DNA of 64,000 bases from Minicystis rosea (GTDB taxonomy: Bacteria; Myxococcota_A; Polyangia; Polyangiales; Polyangiaceae): positions 4,311,573 through 4,375,572 of the forward strand of contig CP016211.1 in assembly GCA_001931535.1 (NCBI GenBank). Direction: 5' to 3'. A model generated the notes under the pieces. The model did not search any database, was not told the DNA's origin, and was given only the letters and a program-made list of their open reading frames with translations. This document shows, in pieces, positions 36,387 through 45,992 of this stretch (the stretch's first letter is position 1; each line of letters opens with the position of its first letter). The translations under genes and the position numbers were made by a program.

Positions 36387-37730
36387 ATGAACGACCCCAA
36401 TGCCGACCCGCTCTCGCGCGGCACGCAACCCACGCGGGCCGATCTCTTCTGGAAGAGCGGGATCCTCCTCGCGCTCGTGGCCACGCTGATCGCCTCGCTG
36501 CGCGGAGGCCTGCCTCGCATGGTCGCCGGGCTGTGGCTCCAGGCCGCCGTCCCGAACCTCGCCGTCGTCGGCCTCGCGATGGCCGCGGGCAGCGTGCTCT
36601 ACGGTGCCATCTGCTTCTACCACGCGCTCCGTTACCGGCCGCTGCCCCCGCCGGACGACGCCGGCCTCCCGACCTGCACCGTCATCGTGCCGGCCTTCAA
36701 CGAAGGCCCCATGGTGCGCATCTCGCTCCTCTCGGCGCTCGCCAGCGACTACCCCGCGGACAAGCTCGAGGTCATCGCCATCGACGACGGCTCCACCGAC
36801 GACACCTGGGCGCACATCGAGGCCGTGGCCGCGGCGCACCCGGGCCGGGTGAAGGCGCTGCGGCAGCCGCAGAACCGCGGCAAGCGCGAGGCGCTGCGTC
36901 GCGGCTTCCTCAACGCCAAGGGCGACGTCGTGGTCACGGTCGACTCCGACTCGCAGCTCGAGCCGGGTGCGCTCCGCGCCGCCGCCGCGCCGCTCGTCGC
37001 CGATCCCGACGTCTCGGCCGTCGCCGGCAAGGTCGTGGTGCTGAACCGCTACGAGAGCCTGCTCACGCGGCTCCTCGCGGCGCGGTTCTTCCTCACCTTC
37101 GATTTCTCGCGCGCGGTGCAGTCGCGCTTCGGCGCCGTCCTCTGCTGCCCGGGCGCGCTCACCGCGTACCGGCGCGCCGCCGTCATGCGCGTCCTCGATC
37201 GCTGGTCGGCGCAGACCTTCCTCGGCACGCCTTGCACCATCGGCGAGGACCGCGCCCTCACGACCTGGCTCCTCCGCGAAGGCGGCCGCGCCGTCTACCA
37301 AGGGAACGCCGTCGTGCGCACGCTCGTGCCCGCGCACCTCCGCGGCGTGGTCCGCATGCTCATCCGCTGGGAGCGCGGCAACGTGCGCGAGAACCTGGTC
37401 ATGTTCCCCGTCTTCTTCACGCCGTGGCGCTCGCGTGATCGCCTCTGGCCGATGCTGGACGTGACGCTCGATCTCCTCCAGTTCCCCATCGGCCTCGCGA
37501 TGTCGGCGGCGGCCATCATCCACTTCACGGCCCACCCGGTGGCCATCCTCGGCAGCCTCTCCATGATGGGGCTCGTGGCCTTCGTGCAGTCGCTCTACTG
37601 CCTGCGCTCGGAGGGCGGGACGGACTTCCTCTACAACGTCGGCTACGTGTTCTTCGCGGCCTTCGGGCTCGCGTGGGTGTTCCCGTACTCGTGCGTCACG
37701 CTCCGCAACGGTGCGTGGCTGACCCGCTGA
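36387..37730 (+). CDS. family-2 glycosyltransferase (processive, NodC/chitin-/cellulose-synthase-like) with integral membrane C-terminus
   Basis: CTVIVPAFNE, DDGSTDDT, TVDSDS (DxD-like) and a C-terminal RW motif (LIRWERGNV), followed by TM helices. 447 aa. Confidence 0.8.
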   Translation: MNDPNADPLSRGTQPTRADLFWKSGILLALVATLIASLRGGLPRMVAGLWLQAAVPNLAVVGLAMAAGSVLYGAICFYHALRYRPLPPPDDAGLPTCTVIVPAFNEGPMVRISLLSALASDYPADKLEVIAIDDGSTDDTWAHIEAVAAAHPGRVKALRQPQNRGKREALRRGFLNAKGDVVVTVDSDSQLEPGALRAAAAPLVADPDVSAVAGKVVVLNRYESLLTRLLAARFFLTFDFSRAVQSRFGAVLCCPGALTAYRRAAVMRVLDRWSAQTFLGTPCTIGEDRALTTWLLREGGRAVYQGNAVVRTLVPAHLRGVVRMLIRWERGNVRENLVMFPVFFTPWRSRDRLWPMLDVTLDLLQFPIGLAMSAAAIIHFTAHPVAILGSLSMMGLVAFVQSLYCLRSEGGTDFLYNVGYVFFAAFGLAWVFPYSCVTLRNGAWLTR

Positions 37731-39589
37731 CGGGAGCGCGCGCGTTGCTCGCGCTGCTCGTCGCAGCTCCCGTCCATCTCGCAGGCGCGGCCGTCGTGGC
37801 CGCGCGCCTCCTCCCGAGCCCGCGGCCCACGCGTGATCGCTTGGCCGCAGCTGCGCTCCTCGCGCTGGCCTGTCCCATCCTCCTGGTGCGCGTGCTCGGC
37901 GCGGCGGGCGCGCTCACCGCCCCTGCGCTCACCGTCGCGACGATCGCCCTCGGGCTCGCCGCCGTCGCCGCGAGCGGCCGCGCCGCGCGAGCGTCGGCGC
38001 GCGCAGACCTCACCGCGATCGCAGCGACGGTGCTGCTCACGTTCACGCACGGCGCCACGCTGGCAAGCGCGTGGATCGGTCTCTTCGCGCTCGGCCTCGC
38101 CGCGCTCGCGGCGTATCTGCTCCCGCCGTGGGCATGGGACGCGCTCGGCTATCACCTGCCCGTCGTCTACGACGCGCTGCAGACGCACGCGCTCCGCGAA
38201 GTGCCCACGCACATCCCGTACGTCAACGCGTACCCGCATGCCGTCGAGCACTTCTTCATCGCCTGCCGCCTGCTCCTCGGCTCCGACGCGCTCCTCGACT
38301 TCTGCCAGGCGCCCTTCGCCCTCGCCGCCTGCATCGGCATCGCGGCGCTCGCTCGTCGCGCCGGCGCGCCGGCTGCGCGCGCCGCGGCCTTCGGCGCGCT
38401 CTTCCTCGCCCTCCCGCTCGTGATGTTGCAGCTCGCCTCGAGCTACGTCGACGTCGCGGTGGCCGCGCTGCTCGTGCTCACCGTCTACTTCGCCACCGGC
38501 CCGCTCGCGAAGGCCGACCTCGCGCTCTTCGCCGTGGCCGCGGGCCTCCTCCTCGACAGCAAGCCCTCCGCGCCGCCCGCGGTGGCCGTCGTCGGCCTCG
38601 TGGTCCTCGTGCGCGCCTACCGCGCCCGCGTCGCCGGCCTCGCGCTCGCCGCCTCGCTGCTCGCGCTCGTGATCGGCGGGCAGACCTATGCAGTGAACCT
38701 GCTTCACCACCACAACCCCGTGTGGCCGGTGAGCCTCCGCCTCGGGCCCATCGCGCTGCCCGGCCTCCACGACGCCGGACCGATGTTCGTGCTCGGCCTC
38801 CCCGAGCCGTACAAGCACTACGGCTGGCTGCACCGGCTCCTCGCCTCCCTCGTCGCCCTGCCCGATCGCTACATCTACGACATGCGCATCGGCGGCCTCG
38901 GTCCCCTCGTCGCGGCGGGCCTCGTGCCGGTCGCCGTCGTCACCGCGCGCCACGCGCGTCGCGCGGCGCTCCCGTTGCTCGTGCTCGCGGTGGCGGCAGT
39001 CGCCTCACCGGCGGCGCATTGGATGCGCTACACGCTCGCGCTCCCCGCCGCGCTGCTCGCGCATGTCGCGGCCACGACCGCGCGCCTCGCACCGCGCCCG
39101 CGCGCCGCGGTCGATCTCGCGCTCGCCGCGCTCGCCGCCCTCGGCATCGCGCAGGCCGCGCCCGGCTTCACCGACGGCGGCCCCTCGATCGCAAAGCTCC
39201 TCGCCATGCCCGCCGCCGCACGAGCCTCCGCGGTGAGCGTCGACGGCCACGAAGCCGAGTGGCAAAAGGCCCGCGCGCTCGTCCGCGACGGCGAAGCCTT
39301 CGCCTACGACGCGTCCTTCTCGTTCCCCGGCCAGCTCTGGCGCGGTGATCCCGCCGCCTCCGTGCACTTCCTCGGCGACGCATCCGGCGACGTCGACGAA
39401 GCCCTCGATCGCGCGCGCGTCCGCATCCTCGTCGCCGGCGACGACCTCCCCGCCGCCGCGGCCGTCACGCGCCATCCCGCGCGCTACCGGCTCCTCTTCC
39501 GCTGCCCCATCGATCGCTGCAACGTCTACGAGCGACGCGAAAGCGAAGCGGCGAGCGCGGACCGGTCGGCCCAAAGCTCGCCGCGATGA
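37673..39589 (+). CDS. polytopic integral membrane protein (at least 12 TM) downstream of and overlapping the GT2 gene; possible polysaccharide export/polymerase partner
   Basis: Highly hydrophobic, Ala/Leu-rich helices throughout. Start uncertain (GTG at 37673 or 37715). It overlaps the GT2 stop at 37730. Confidence 0.55.
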   Translation: MGVPVLVRHAPQRCVADPLTGARALLALLVAAPVHLAGAAVVAARLLPSPRPTRDRLAAAALLALACPILLVRVLGAAGALTAPALTVATIALGLAAVAASGRAARASARADLTAIAATVLLTFTHGATLASAWIGLFALGLAALAAYLLPPWAWDALGYHLPVVYDALQTHALREVPTHIPYVNAYPHAVEHFFIACRLLLGSDALLDFCQAPFALAACIGIAALARRAGAPAARAAAFGALFLALPLVMLQLASSYVDVAVAALLVLTVYFATGPLAKADLALFAVAAGLLLDSKPSAPPAVAVVGLVVLVRAYRARVAGLALAASLLALVIGGQTYAVNLLHHHNPVWPVSLRLGPIALPGLHDAGPMFVLGLPEPYKHYGWLHRLLASLVALPDRYIYDMRIGGLGPLVAAGLVPVAVVTARHARRAALPLLVLAVAAVASPAAHWMRYTLALPAALLAHVAATTARLAPRPRAAVDLALAALAALGIAQAAPGFTDGGPSIAKLLAMPAAARASAVSVDGHEAEWQKARALVRDGEAFAYDASFSFPGQLWRGDPAASVHFLGDASGDVDEALDRARVRILVAGDDLPAAAAVTRHPARYRLLFRCPIDRCNVYERRESEAASADRSAQSSPR

Positions 39590-39605
39590 TGGAGGGACGA
39601 GAAGC

Positions 39606-40427
39606 TCAGCCGCGATCGGACGCTTCGTTCGCCGGCGCGTCGCTCGCGCCCTTCTCGGGGGCTCCGGTGTCGCCTTCCGGAGCGATCGAGCCGCCGAGCG
39701 AGAGGAGCAGCTCCTTCACCGCCGCGTGGGAGCGCTCGCGGAGATCGTTCACGCGCGGCCCCTCGCGCCCTTCGGGGATCGCTTGGATGGGCGCGCCGAT
39801 CTTGATGAGCACCTTGCGCATCGACCCGTCGCCGGTGTCGATCGCGCCCTTCTTCATCAGCTTGTGCGTGCCCTCGAGGGCCACCGGCACCACGGGCACG
39901 CCCGCGCGCAGCGCCGCGTAGAAGCCGCCGTTCTTGAAGCTGCGGAGGAGCCCGTCCTCGCTGCGCGTCCCCTCGGGGAACACGAGCAGCGGCTTGCCCT
40001 CCTTGAGCACCGTGACGAACCGATCGATCACGTGCGCCGCCGCGCGCGATCCCGCGCCGCGATCCACGGGCACGTGCCCCGCGAGCTGGAGGTGCCAGCC
40101 GAGGAACGGGATCTTCATCAGCTCCCGCTTCGCCGCCCACTTGTAGTCGCCGGGGAGCACCGACCCGAGCACCAGGATGTCGAGGAGGCTCTGGTGGTTC
40201 GAGCAATAGACGAACGGCCCCGAAGGCACGTTGTCGAGCCCCGTCGCCTCGACCTCGATGTCGAGCCCGCGCGCGCTGGTGCGACACCACTGCCGCATCG
40301 CCCAAAGGCTGGCGCGGCGGTCTCGCGTGAGCGGGCCGAGGGTGAGCGACACAGTCCCGTACGCGATCGTGCGCGCGGTGAACGGGACCCACTGTCGCGT
40401 GGCGCGGAGGGCGCTGTGGAGGTCCAT
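39606..40427 (-). CDS. plsC: 1-acyl-sn-glycerol-3-phosphate acyltransferase
   Basis: HxxxxD motif (NHQSLLD), FPEGTR, and a PVVPVAL block. Start at the ATG at 40427 (MDLHSALRAT...). Confidence 0.8.
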   Translation of the reverse strand: MDLHSALRATRQWVPFTARTIAYGTVSLTLGPLTRDRRASLWAMRQWCRTSARGLDIEVEATGLDNVPSGPFVYCSNHQSLLDILVLGSVLPGDYKWAAKRELMKIPFLGWHLQLAGHVPVDRGAGSRAAAHVIDRFVTVLKEGKPLLVFPEGTRSEDGLLRSFKNGGFYAALRAGVPVVPVALEGTHKLMKKGAIDTGDGSMRKVLIKIGAPIQAIPEGREGPRVNDLRERSHAAVKELLLSLGGSIAPEGDTGAPEKGASDAPANEASDRG

Positions 40428-40688
40428 GCGATGCCGGCGTACCACCGCCGGACGACGTTGAAAACGCGTACCGAATTGCGCAGTGAGCACGCTGGGCTCG
40501 GCGGGATGCTCGCTGACAGATCGCGGCCTGCGCGCGCGGATCTCGGCGCGCACCGCCGTTCGAAACCTTCCGTGATCGCAGAATCAATCGACGCGACACG
40601 CATGGGCCGAGCGGACGCCGCGAAGCGCTGCCCGACACAATCGTGCTCATCGGCTGCGCCTGCTCACCGGGTCTGTTCGCCTCCCCGC

Positions 40689-42356
40689 ATGAGACACACG
40701 CTCACCGGCGGCACCTTCGCCTTCTTCTTGTCTGCGGCCGTGCTCGTCGTCGGCGCTTGCTCCTCGGGAGGAGACGCGACGTCCACCGGCGGGAGCACCG
40801 CCGCGACAGGCGGCAGCACCAGCACGGATGCGAGCACCGCGAGCAACGGTGGCGCCACCACCGGCAGCACGAGCACCGGCAGCACGAGCACAGGCAGCAC
40901 GAGCACAGGCAGCACGAGCACCGCGAGCAGCGGGGGCGCGGGCGGCGGCTCGAGCACCGGAGCGACGTGCGAAGACGCCATCGACATCACCAACCTGCTC
41001 GGCCCCGGCGGCTTGCTCTATCACGGCGACGCCACGGCGCAGGGCACGGTGGCCGCGTCCTGCACGACGAAGACAGGCCCGATCCGACACCTCAAATTCA
41101 AGGTCCCCCAGGCTGGCAACTACGAGGTCCAACTCGACACGCCATCCGTGGATCAAAAGGCCGCGCTCGTCGTGAGCACCGGCTGCGCGCCGGCCGGCGT
41201 CGAGCTCGGGTGTGACGACAGCAGCGCCGCGGACGCGAGCGTCGGGCTCGAAGCCGCGGGCGAGTACGTCTACATCGCGCTCGGGGGCGACGTGCTTTCG
41301 GGAGGCTACGATCTCGTCGTCTCCTCGGCCTCGGCGTGCACCTCGTCGGATTGGTGCGAGTACCTCCTCGACCTTCCCCTCTGCTCCGCCAACGGCACCT
41401 GCGTGCCGTGCACGACCGACGCGCACTGCACCGTGGGAGATTGCCAGACGCCGTGGCTCACCTGCACGCCGTGCACGGCAGCGGCGTGTGCCACCGATCC
41501 TCGTGGCGCCGTCTGCGATCCGGTCACCAAGAAATGCGGGTGCGCCACCGACGGCGACTGCCCCGCCGGTCTCGTCTGCGACGATCACGTCTGCGCCGAG
41601 GCGAAGCCGGAGACGCTGGTGAAAGAGGACGCGATCTCGGTCCGGTGCATCGCCGCCGACGACACGACCGTGTACTTCACCACGGGTGGGAACGCATCGC
41701 TGATGAGCATCCCCGTCGGCGGTGGCACGGCCACATCGCACGGCGGCGGCCCCTCGCAGGGCCTCGCGATCGGCGCGTCGCACGTCTACCTGGTCGACAG
41801 CGCCGGCGTGCGGCGGATGCCGCTCGGCGGAGGCCCGCTCGAGACCCTCTACGAAGGCTCGATCGGGTTCGGCGGAACGTGCAACCGGATCGCCGTCGAC
41901 GACACGCACGCGTACGTAGCCTCGGACACCGGCGTCCTCGCGATCCCGCTCGCGGGCGGGCCGCCCGACGTCCTCGCTCCCGGGATCACGGTGACGAGCC
42001 TCGCCCTCGGTAGCAACGCTGTGTTCTTCATCGACGACACCGCTCGCGAGGCCCTCTCCGTCCCGAAGGTCGGAGGCGCCCGAGCGCGCTCGCCGACGCG
42101 CTGCCGCGCCACGTGCTCGTGGACGGCACCCACGCGTTCTACATCTGGTACTCGGGCAACGCCGAGAACCTCATGCGCGTGCCCGTCGCGGGCGGCGCGC
42201 CCACGAAGCTGTTCGACACCGCGCCGCTCGCCCCGCTCAACTTCAACGGGTGGTCGATGGTCCAGAGCGCGAGCCACATCTACACCGCCGTCGACGACCT
42301 CGATCTGCAGTCGTCCACCATCTACGCGGTCCCCAAGGCGGGCGGCGCGGCGGTGA
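40689..42356 (+). CDS. lipoprotein with Thr/Ser/Gly-rich linker, a Cys-rich module and seven roughly 40-aa beta-propeller-like repeats; apparently frameshifted near 42080, with the true C-terminus continuing in the -1 frame to 42463
   Basis: Signal and lipobox (LVVGAC). GSTSTG x4 encoded by a 15-bp tandem repeat at 40861-40920. Blades have the pattern H(V/A)Y...PL(G/A)GG(P)..L. After ...SVPKVGGA the sensible blade sequence (PSALADALPRHVLVDGTHAFYIWYSG...HVFWSNGNLERVAK) is in the frame of ORF 42113..42463. Confidence 0.65.
   Translation: MRHTLTGGTFAFFLSAAVLVVGACSSGGDATSTGGSTAATGGSTSTDASTASNGGATTGSTSTGSTSTGSTSTGSTSTASSGGAGGGSSTGATCEDAIDITNLLGPGGLLYHGDATAQGTVAASCTTKTGPIRHLKFKVPQAGNYEVQLDTPSVDQKAALVVSTGCAPAGVELGCDDSSAADASVGLEAAGEYVYIALGGDVLSGGYDLVVSSASACTSSDWCEYLLDLPLCSANGTCVPCTTDAHCTVGDCQTPWLTCTPCTAAACATDPRGAVCDPVTKKCGCATDGDCPAGLVCDDHVCAEAKPETLVKEDAISVRCIAADDTTVYFTTGGNASLMSIPVGGGTATSHGGGPSQGLAIGASHVYLVDSAGVRRMPLGGGPLETLYEGSIGFGGTCNRIAVDDTHAYVASDTGVLAIPLAGGPPDVLAPGITVTSLALGSNAVFFIDDTAREALSVPKVGGARARSPTRCRATCSWTAPTRSTSGTRATPRTSCACPSRAARPRSCSTPRRSPRSTSTGGRWSRARATSTPPSTTSICSRPPSTRSPRRAARR
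40861..40920. repeat. four tandem copies of a 15-bp unit (cMggcagcacgagca) encoding a GSTST linker
   Basis: Direct reading of the sequence. Confidence 0.7.
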
Positions 42357-42505
42357 AGAAGGCCACCGCCGCGCCGGCCGACAACTACTCCGTGCGCAGC
42401 ATGGCGAGCAACGCGACGCACGTCTTCTGGTCGAACGGGAACCTCGAACGCGTCGCGAAGTGAGAGTCTGTGCGGCCGGCGCGGGCCGGTCGCTCCGATC
42501 GTCGC

Positions 42506-43801
42506 TCAATGCACGAGCGCGCGCACCTTCTTCACGAAGTCGCCGAACTGATACTCGCGCTGGTCACCCTCGCCTTCGCGGAAGCGGCGCATGCGCACGG
42601 CGACGAGGTGCTTCTCGGGGAAGACGACCACGACTTGGCCGAGGTAGCCATCCATCCGGAACCCGATCTGGTGCTTGTCGATCGCGCGCGCATCGGGGAG
42701 GCCGCGGCGCCAGGTGTGGTCGTACCAGGACTCCAGCGCGACCTTCTTCTCACCGCCGATCGCCGCGGCGATGGCGCCGAAGAAGTCGTCGTTCGGAGCG
42801 AACACGCGATCCTTGAGCGGGAGGATCTTGGCGATGAACGCAGGCTCGAGCCCCGCCTTCTTCCAGGCGTCGAACACGCTGTCGTCGAGCACGAACGACG
42901 CGTCGTGCTCGATCCACGTGAGGAAGCCGTACCGATCGTTCTTGGCCGACGGCGTCGTGGTGCGGCGGATCCAGTCCGCGCTCACGATCTGCCGGCCCTG
43001 GTAGCGGCCGCCGTCGAGCATCATCTGCCCGACCTTCGCGAGGTCGAGCGGGCGGAGCTGGATCCCGGACATGGCGTGCGGGTTCCCGGCCTTGTCGTGA
43101 TCCCAGCCCACCTCGTCGATGCCGAGCGGGCCGAAGAGCTCTTCGCGCGCGAGCAAGTCGAGGGGCTTCTTGCCGGCGATCTGCGCGATGCCCGCGAGCA
43201 GGTTCACCGCCTTGTTGTTGTAGAAGAAGGTCGTGCCCGGATCGGTCGTGAGCTCGGCGGAGAGCGCGAGGTGCACGAAGTCCGGGCTCGCATAGATCTC
43301 TTCCGTGGTGCGGTTCGCCTGGAGGCCCGAGGTCTGCTCGAGCAGATGCCGGACGGTGACGTGCTCCTTCTTTCCCTGCTTCCACTCGGGATAGAAGCGG
43401 TGCACGGGCTCGTCGATCGAGCGGATGCGCCCGGTGTCGACGAGGCGCCCCACGACCAGCGCGACGAGCGACTTCGACACGCTCATCGTCTCGATGGGCC
43501 CGTCCTCGTGACCGTAGCGCTCATCGAGGACGAGCTTGCCGTCGCGGAGCACGATGACCGCATCGGACCGCGTCTCCGCGCCGCGACGGCGCAGCACCTC
43601 GAGCGCGGCCGCGTCGACGCCCGCCTCCGCGGCTGTGATGCGCTCGAAGGGTGGCGGCTTCGCGATCGGCGGCGCCTCGACGACGGCCGCGCGCGACGCA
43701 CCGGACGAAGCCGGCACCTCGGCGCGGGGAGCCGCGCATCCAGTGACGAACGAGATCACACCGACGGCGGCGCAGCACGCGCCCCTCGTGAGACGGCACA
43801 T
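42506..43801 (-). CDS. beta-lactamase-family serine hydrolase lipoprotein
   Basis: SxxK motif (SVSKS), lipobox (FVTGCAAP), strong GGAGGA RBS. 431 aa. Confidence 0.85.
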   Translation of the reverse strand: MCRLTRGACCAAVGVISFVTGCAAPRAEVPASSGASRAAVVEAPPIAKPPPFERITAAEAGVDAAALEVLRRRGAETRSDAVIVLRDGKLVLDERYGHEDGPIETMSVSKSLVALVVGRLVDTGRIRSIDEPVHRFYPEWKQGKKEHVTVRHLLEQTSGLQANRTTEEIYASPDFVHLALSAELTTDPGTTFFYNNKAVNLLAGIAQIAGKKPLDLLAREELFGPLGIDEVGWDHDKAGNPHAMSGIQLRPLDLAKVGQMMLDGGRYQGRQIVSADWIRRTTTPSAKNDRYGFLTWIEHDASFVLDDSVFDAWKKAGLEPAFIAKILPLKDRVFAPNDDFFGAIAAAIGGEKKVALESWYDHTWRRGLPDARAIDKHQIGFRMDGYLGQVVVVFPEKHLVAVRMRRFREGEGDQREYQFGDFVKKVRALVH

Positions 43802-43816
43802 GGAAGATCCTCCAGG

Positions 43817-45217
43817 TCAGGGCGTCGTGTCGACGCGCTCGAAATCGAGATCGATCGGCGCCGCGGCGTCCGGCCGCGCGGCCTTCGGGGGCACGGCGCG
43901 CGAGGGATCGGTGACGGGCACGCTCGCGTCGACCTCCTCGAAGGTCACGTCATCGAGCCAGAGGCGCCCGGGGCCGTCGATGCCGCTGCCGATCTGCACC
44001 CACGCGGCCTCGCGGGGCACGTCGAACACCACCGAGCAAGGCAGCCAGTCGAAGGTGCCGCGGAGCGCGCAGCGCCCGCCGCCGAGACCGGGCCCGTCGG
44101 CCGGCGAGCCCGCGGCCTGCACGCGCATCCACACGTCGCCGCGCGCGGTCACGCCCTCGCCCTTCGACCACGCGGTCACGCGGAGCCGCTTGCCGCGGTA
44201 GAGCGCCGCATCGACGCCTTGGAGAAGGGTCCCGTAGCCCTTCGGTTGGACGCCGGCCTTGGGCGCGAGCCGAACGCTCGCCGCCCCGCCATGCCGCTCG
44301 CCGCGATCGATGACGGCCTCGTAGGACGCGTGGGCGAAGCCCGAGATCATCCAGCCCGAAGGCGTGTCGCCCGCGCGCTCGAAGTCGCCGTTCTCCAGCG
44401 TGCTCGGCGTCGGCTTCCAGACCGCGAGCGGCGTCGCGGCGTCGACGGGCTCGAGCGTGACGTCGTCGACCCAGGCGGTGCCCGGACCGCCGAGGCCGAG
44501 GCCGAGCTCGATCGCATCGGCGCGCGCGCCCACGTCGAGGACCATTTCGCACATGCGGTACGCGAAGGTCCCGGAGAGCTTGCACGCGCCGTAGCCGAGG
44601 CCGGGCCCGTCGCCGGGCGAGTCGGCGGCTTGCACGCGCGCCCAGAAATCACCACGTCCCGTGATGCTCTCGCCCCGGACCCACGCGCGCAGGCGGAGGC
44701 GCTGGCCGCGCACGTGCTCGGCCCGCATCGCGTGCATGAGCACGCCGTAGCCCTTCGGCGCAGGGACGATCGCCGTGATTCGCGCGCTCGCGGCGCCGCC
44801 GTGCGGCGCGACCCGATCGATCGAAGGGGCGAACTGCTCGCGCGCGCCGCCCGACATGAACCAGCCGGCCTGGCCGAGATCGCCGCGCTCGAAGCCGCCG
44901 TCGGCGAGCGTCACCGGCCTCGCGTCCGCCGTGGTCACGGGGACGTCATCGGCGACGGGCTCGAAGCGCGCGTCGTCGATCCACGTGCGCCCCGGGCCGT
45001 CCTGCAGGATCCCGAGGCGGATCGAGGTCGCGTCCTCGGGCACGGCGAGCACCACGGCGTGCTCGGCCCAGGCATGCGTCCCCCGAAGGGGACGCGCCTG
45101 CATGTTGTCGAACGGCGCGCGGCCGTGCATGCGATCGACGCGCATGAAGAGCCCGTGAAGCCGCGGACGTCGTCGGTCTTCACGAACGCGGAGAAGCGCA
45201 CCTTGCGCCCGCGCCAC
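43817..45217 (-). CDS. C-terminal part of an anti-sigma factor: three-plus copies of a roughly 150-aa extracytoplasmic repeat module; reads as a continuation of the 45180..45992 gene after two frame changes
   Basis: Repeated motif GW...HGGAAS.RL...KGYG...RGKRLR..AW.KGE..T.RGD.W.RVQAA.SP.DGPGLG.G.C.L.GTF.W..C..V.DVP..A.W.......DGPG..W.DDVT.EPVD. Stop lies 16 nt upstream of the beta-lactamase-family gene start. Confidence 0.6.
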   Translation of the reverse strand: MARAQGALLRVREDRRRPRLHGLFMRVDRMHGRAPFDNMQARPLRGTHAWAEHAVVLAVPEDATSIRLGILQDGPGRTWIDDARFEPVADDVPVTTADARPVTLADGGFERGDLGQAGWFMSGGAREQFAPSIDRVAPHGGAASARITAIVPAPKGYGVLMHAMRAEHVRGQRLRLRAWVRGESITGRGDFWARVQAADSPGDGPGLGYGACKLSGTFAYRMCEMVLDVGARADAIELGLGLGGPGTAWVDDVTLEPVDAATPLAVWKPTPSTLENGDFERAGDTPSGWMISGFAHASYEAVIDRGERHGGAASVRLAPKAGVQPKGYGTLLQGVDAALYRGKRLRVTAWSKGEGVTARGDVWMRVQAAGSPADGPGLGGGRCALRGTFDWLPCSVVFDVPREAAWVQIGSGIDGPGRLWLDDVTFEEVDASVPVTDPSRAVPPKAARPDAAAPIDLDFERVDTTP

Positions 45218-45992
45218 GCCTCAGCGCCGAACACCTGCTGCACCACGCCTGCGCCCTCGGGCGCCGCGGCCTGCGACGAGAGCAGCGCGCTCGCCGCGCC
45301 GCCGTGGCGCTCGTGATCATCGCGCGCGAGCGTGTACGCCTGCGCCTCGGGCCCGACCAGCGACCAGCCGATCGCGCTCGGCCCTCGAAGCGAGGCGCGC
45401 CCGCGCGCGACGGATACGCGACGAAGAGACCGTGCCGGTGCGCGCGCGCGACGCATCCTTCCTGCGCGGGTCCATCGGGGCAGACCGCATTCGGGATCGG
45501 CCCGCTCGCCTCCGCCGACGGCGCCCGATGCACGAACGCCGCCCACACCGCGGCCGCCGCCGCCACCAGCGGCAACAGGCGCACGAACCGCAGCGGCTGC
45601 AGGCCCGGCCGCGCGCCTCCCGCGCGCGCTGCAACATTCGGCGCCACGGTCTCCACAATGCGATTCGCATCCGAGCGCGCCGCCGTGCTCGACGCCGCCA
45701 CCTCCGCGATAGCGGCAACCTCGGTGCCCGATGCCGGCATCGCCGCGGCATCAGCGCTCTCCGCGCGCACCGCCGCGCCCGACACCTCCATTGCCTCCGC
45801 TCGGGCCACGTCGGCGAGCGCGAGCTCGAGCGTCGCCTCGCGCGCGAGCCGCGACGTGCATGCATCGCAGCGCGCGACGTGCGCCTCGAAGGCAAGCGCT
45901 TCGGCCGGCGAGGCCGCGCCCATCACGAAGTCGGCGAACGCCTGCTCGGGCAGGTGCTCGTCGGGTGCCGGCCCGTTCCTGTGCTCACTCAT
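45180..45992 (-). CDS. anti-sigma factor N-terminal region (zinc-finger HxxxCxxC + TM helix); its downstream sequence is frameshifted into the 43817..45217 ORF
   Basis: MSEHRNGPAPDEHLPEQAFADFVMGAASPAEALAFEAHVARCDACTSRL (ChrR/RsrA-like zinc-binding anti-sigma N-domain). TM helix LRFVRLLPLVAAAAAVWAAFV. Start overlaps the sigma-factor stop (ATGA). Confidence 0.65.
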   Translation of the reverse strand: MSEHRNGPAPDEHLPEQAFADFVMGAASPAEALAFEAHVARCDACTSRLAREATLELALADVARAEAMEVSGAAVRAESADAAAMPASGTEVAAIAEVAASSTAARSDANRIVETVAPNVAARAGGARPGLQPLRFVRLLPLVAAAAAVWAAFVHRAPSAEASGPIPNAVCPDGPAQEGCVARAHRHGLFVAYPSRAGAPRFEGRARSAGRWSGPRRRRTRSRAMITSATAARRARCSRRRPRRPRAQAWCSRCSALRRGAGARCASPRS

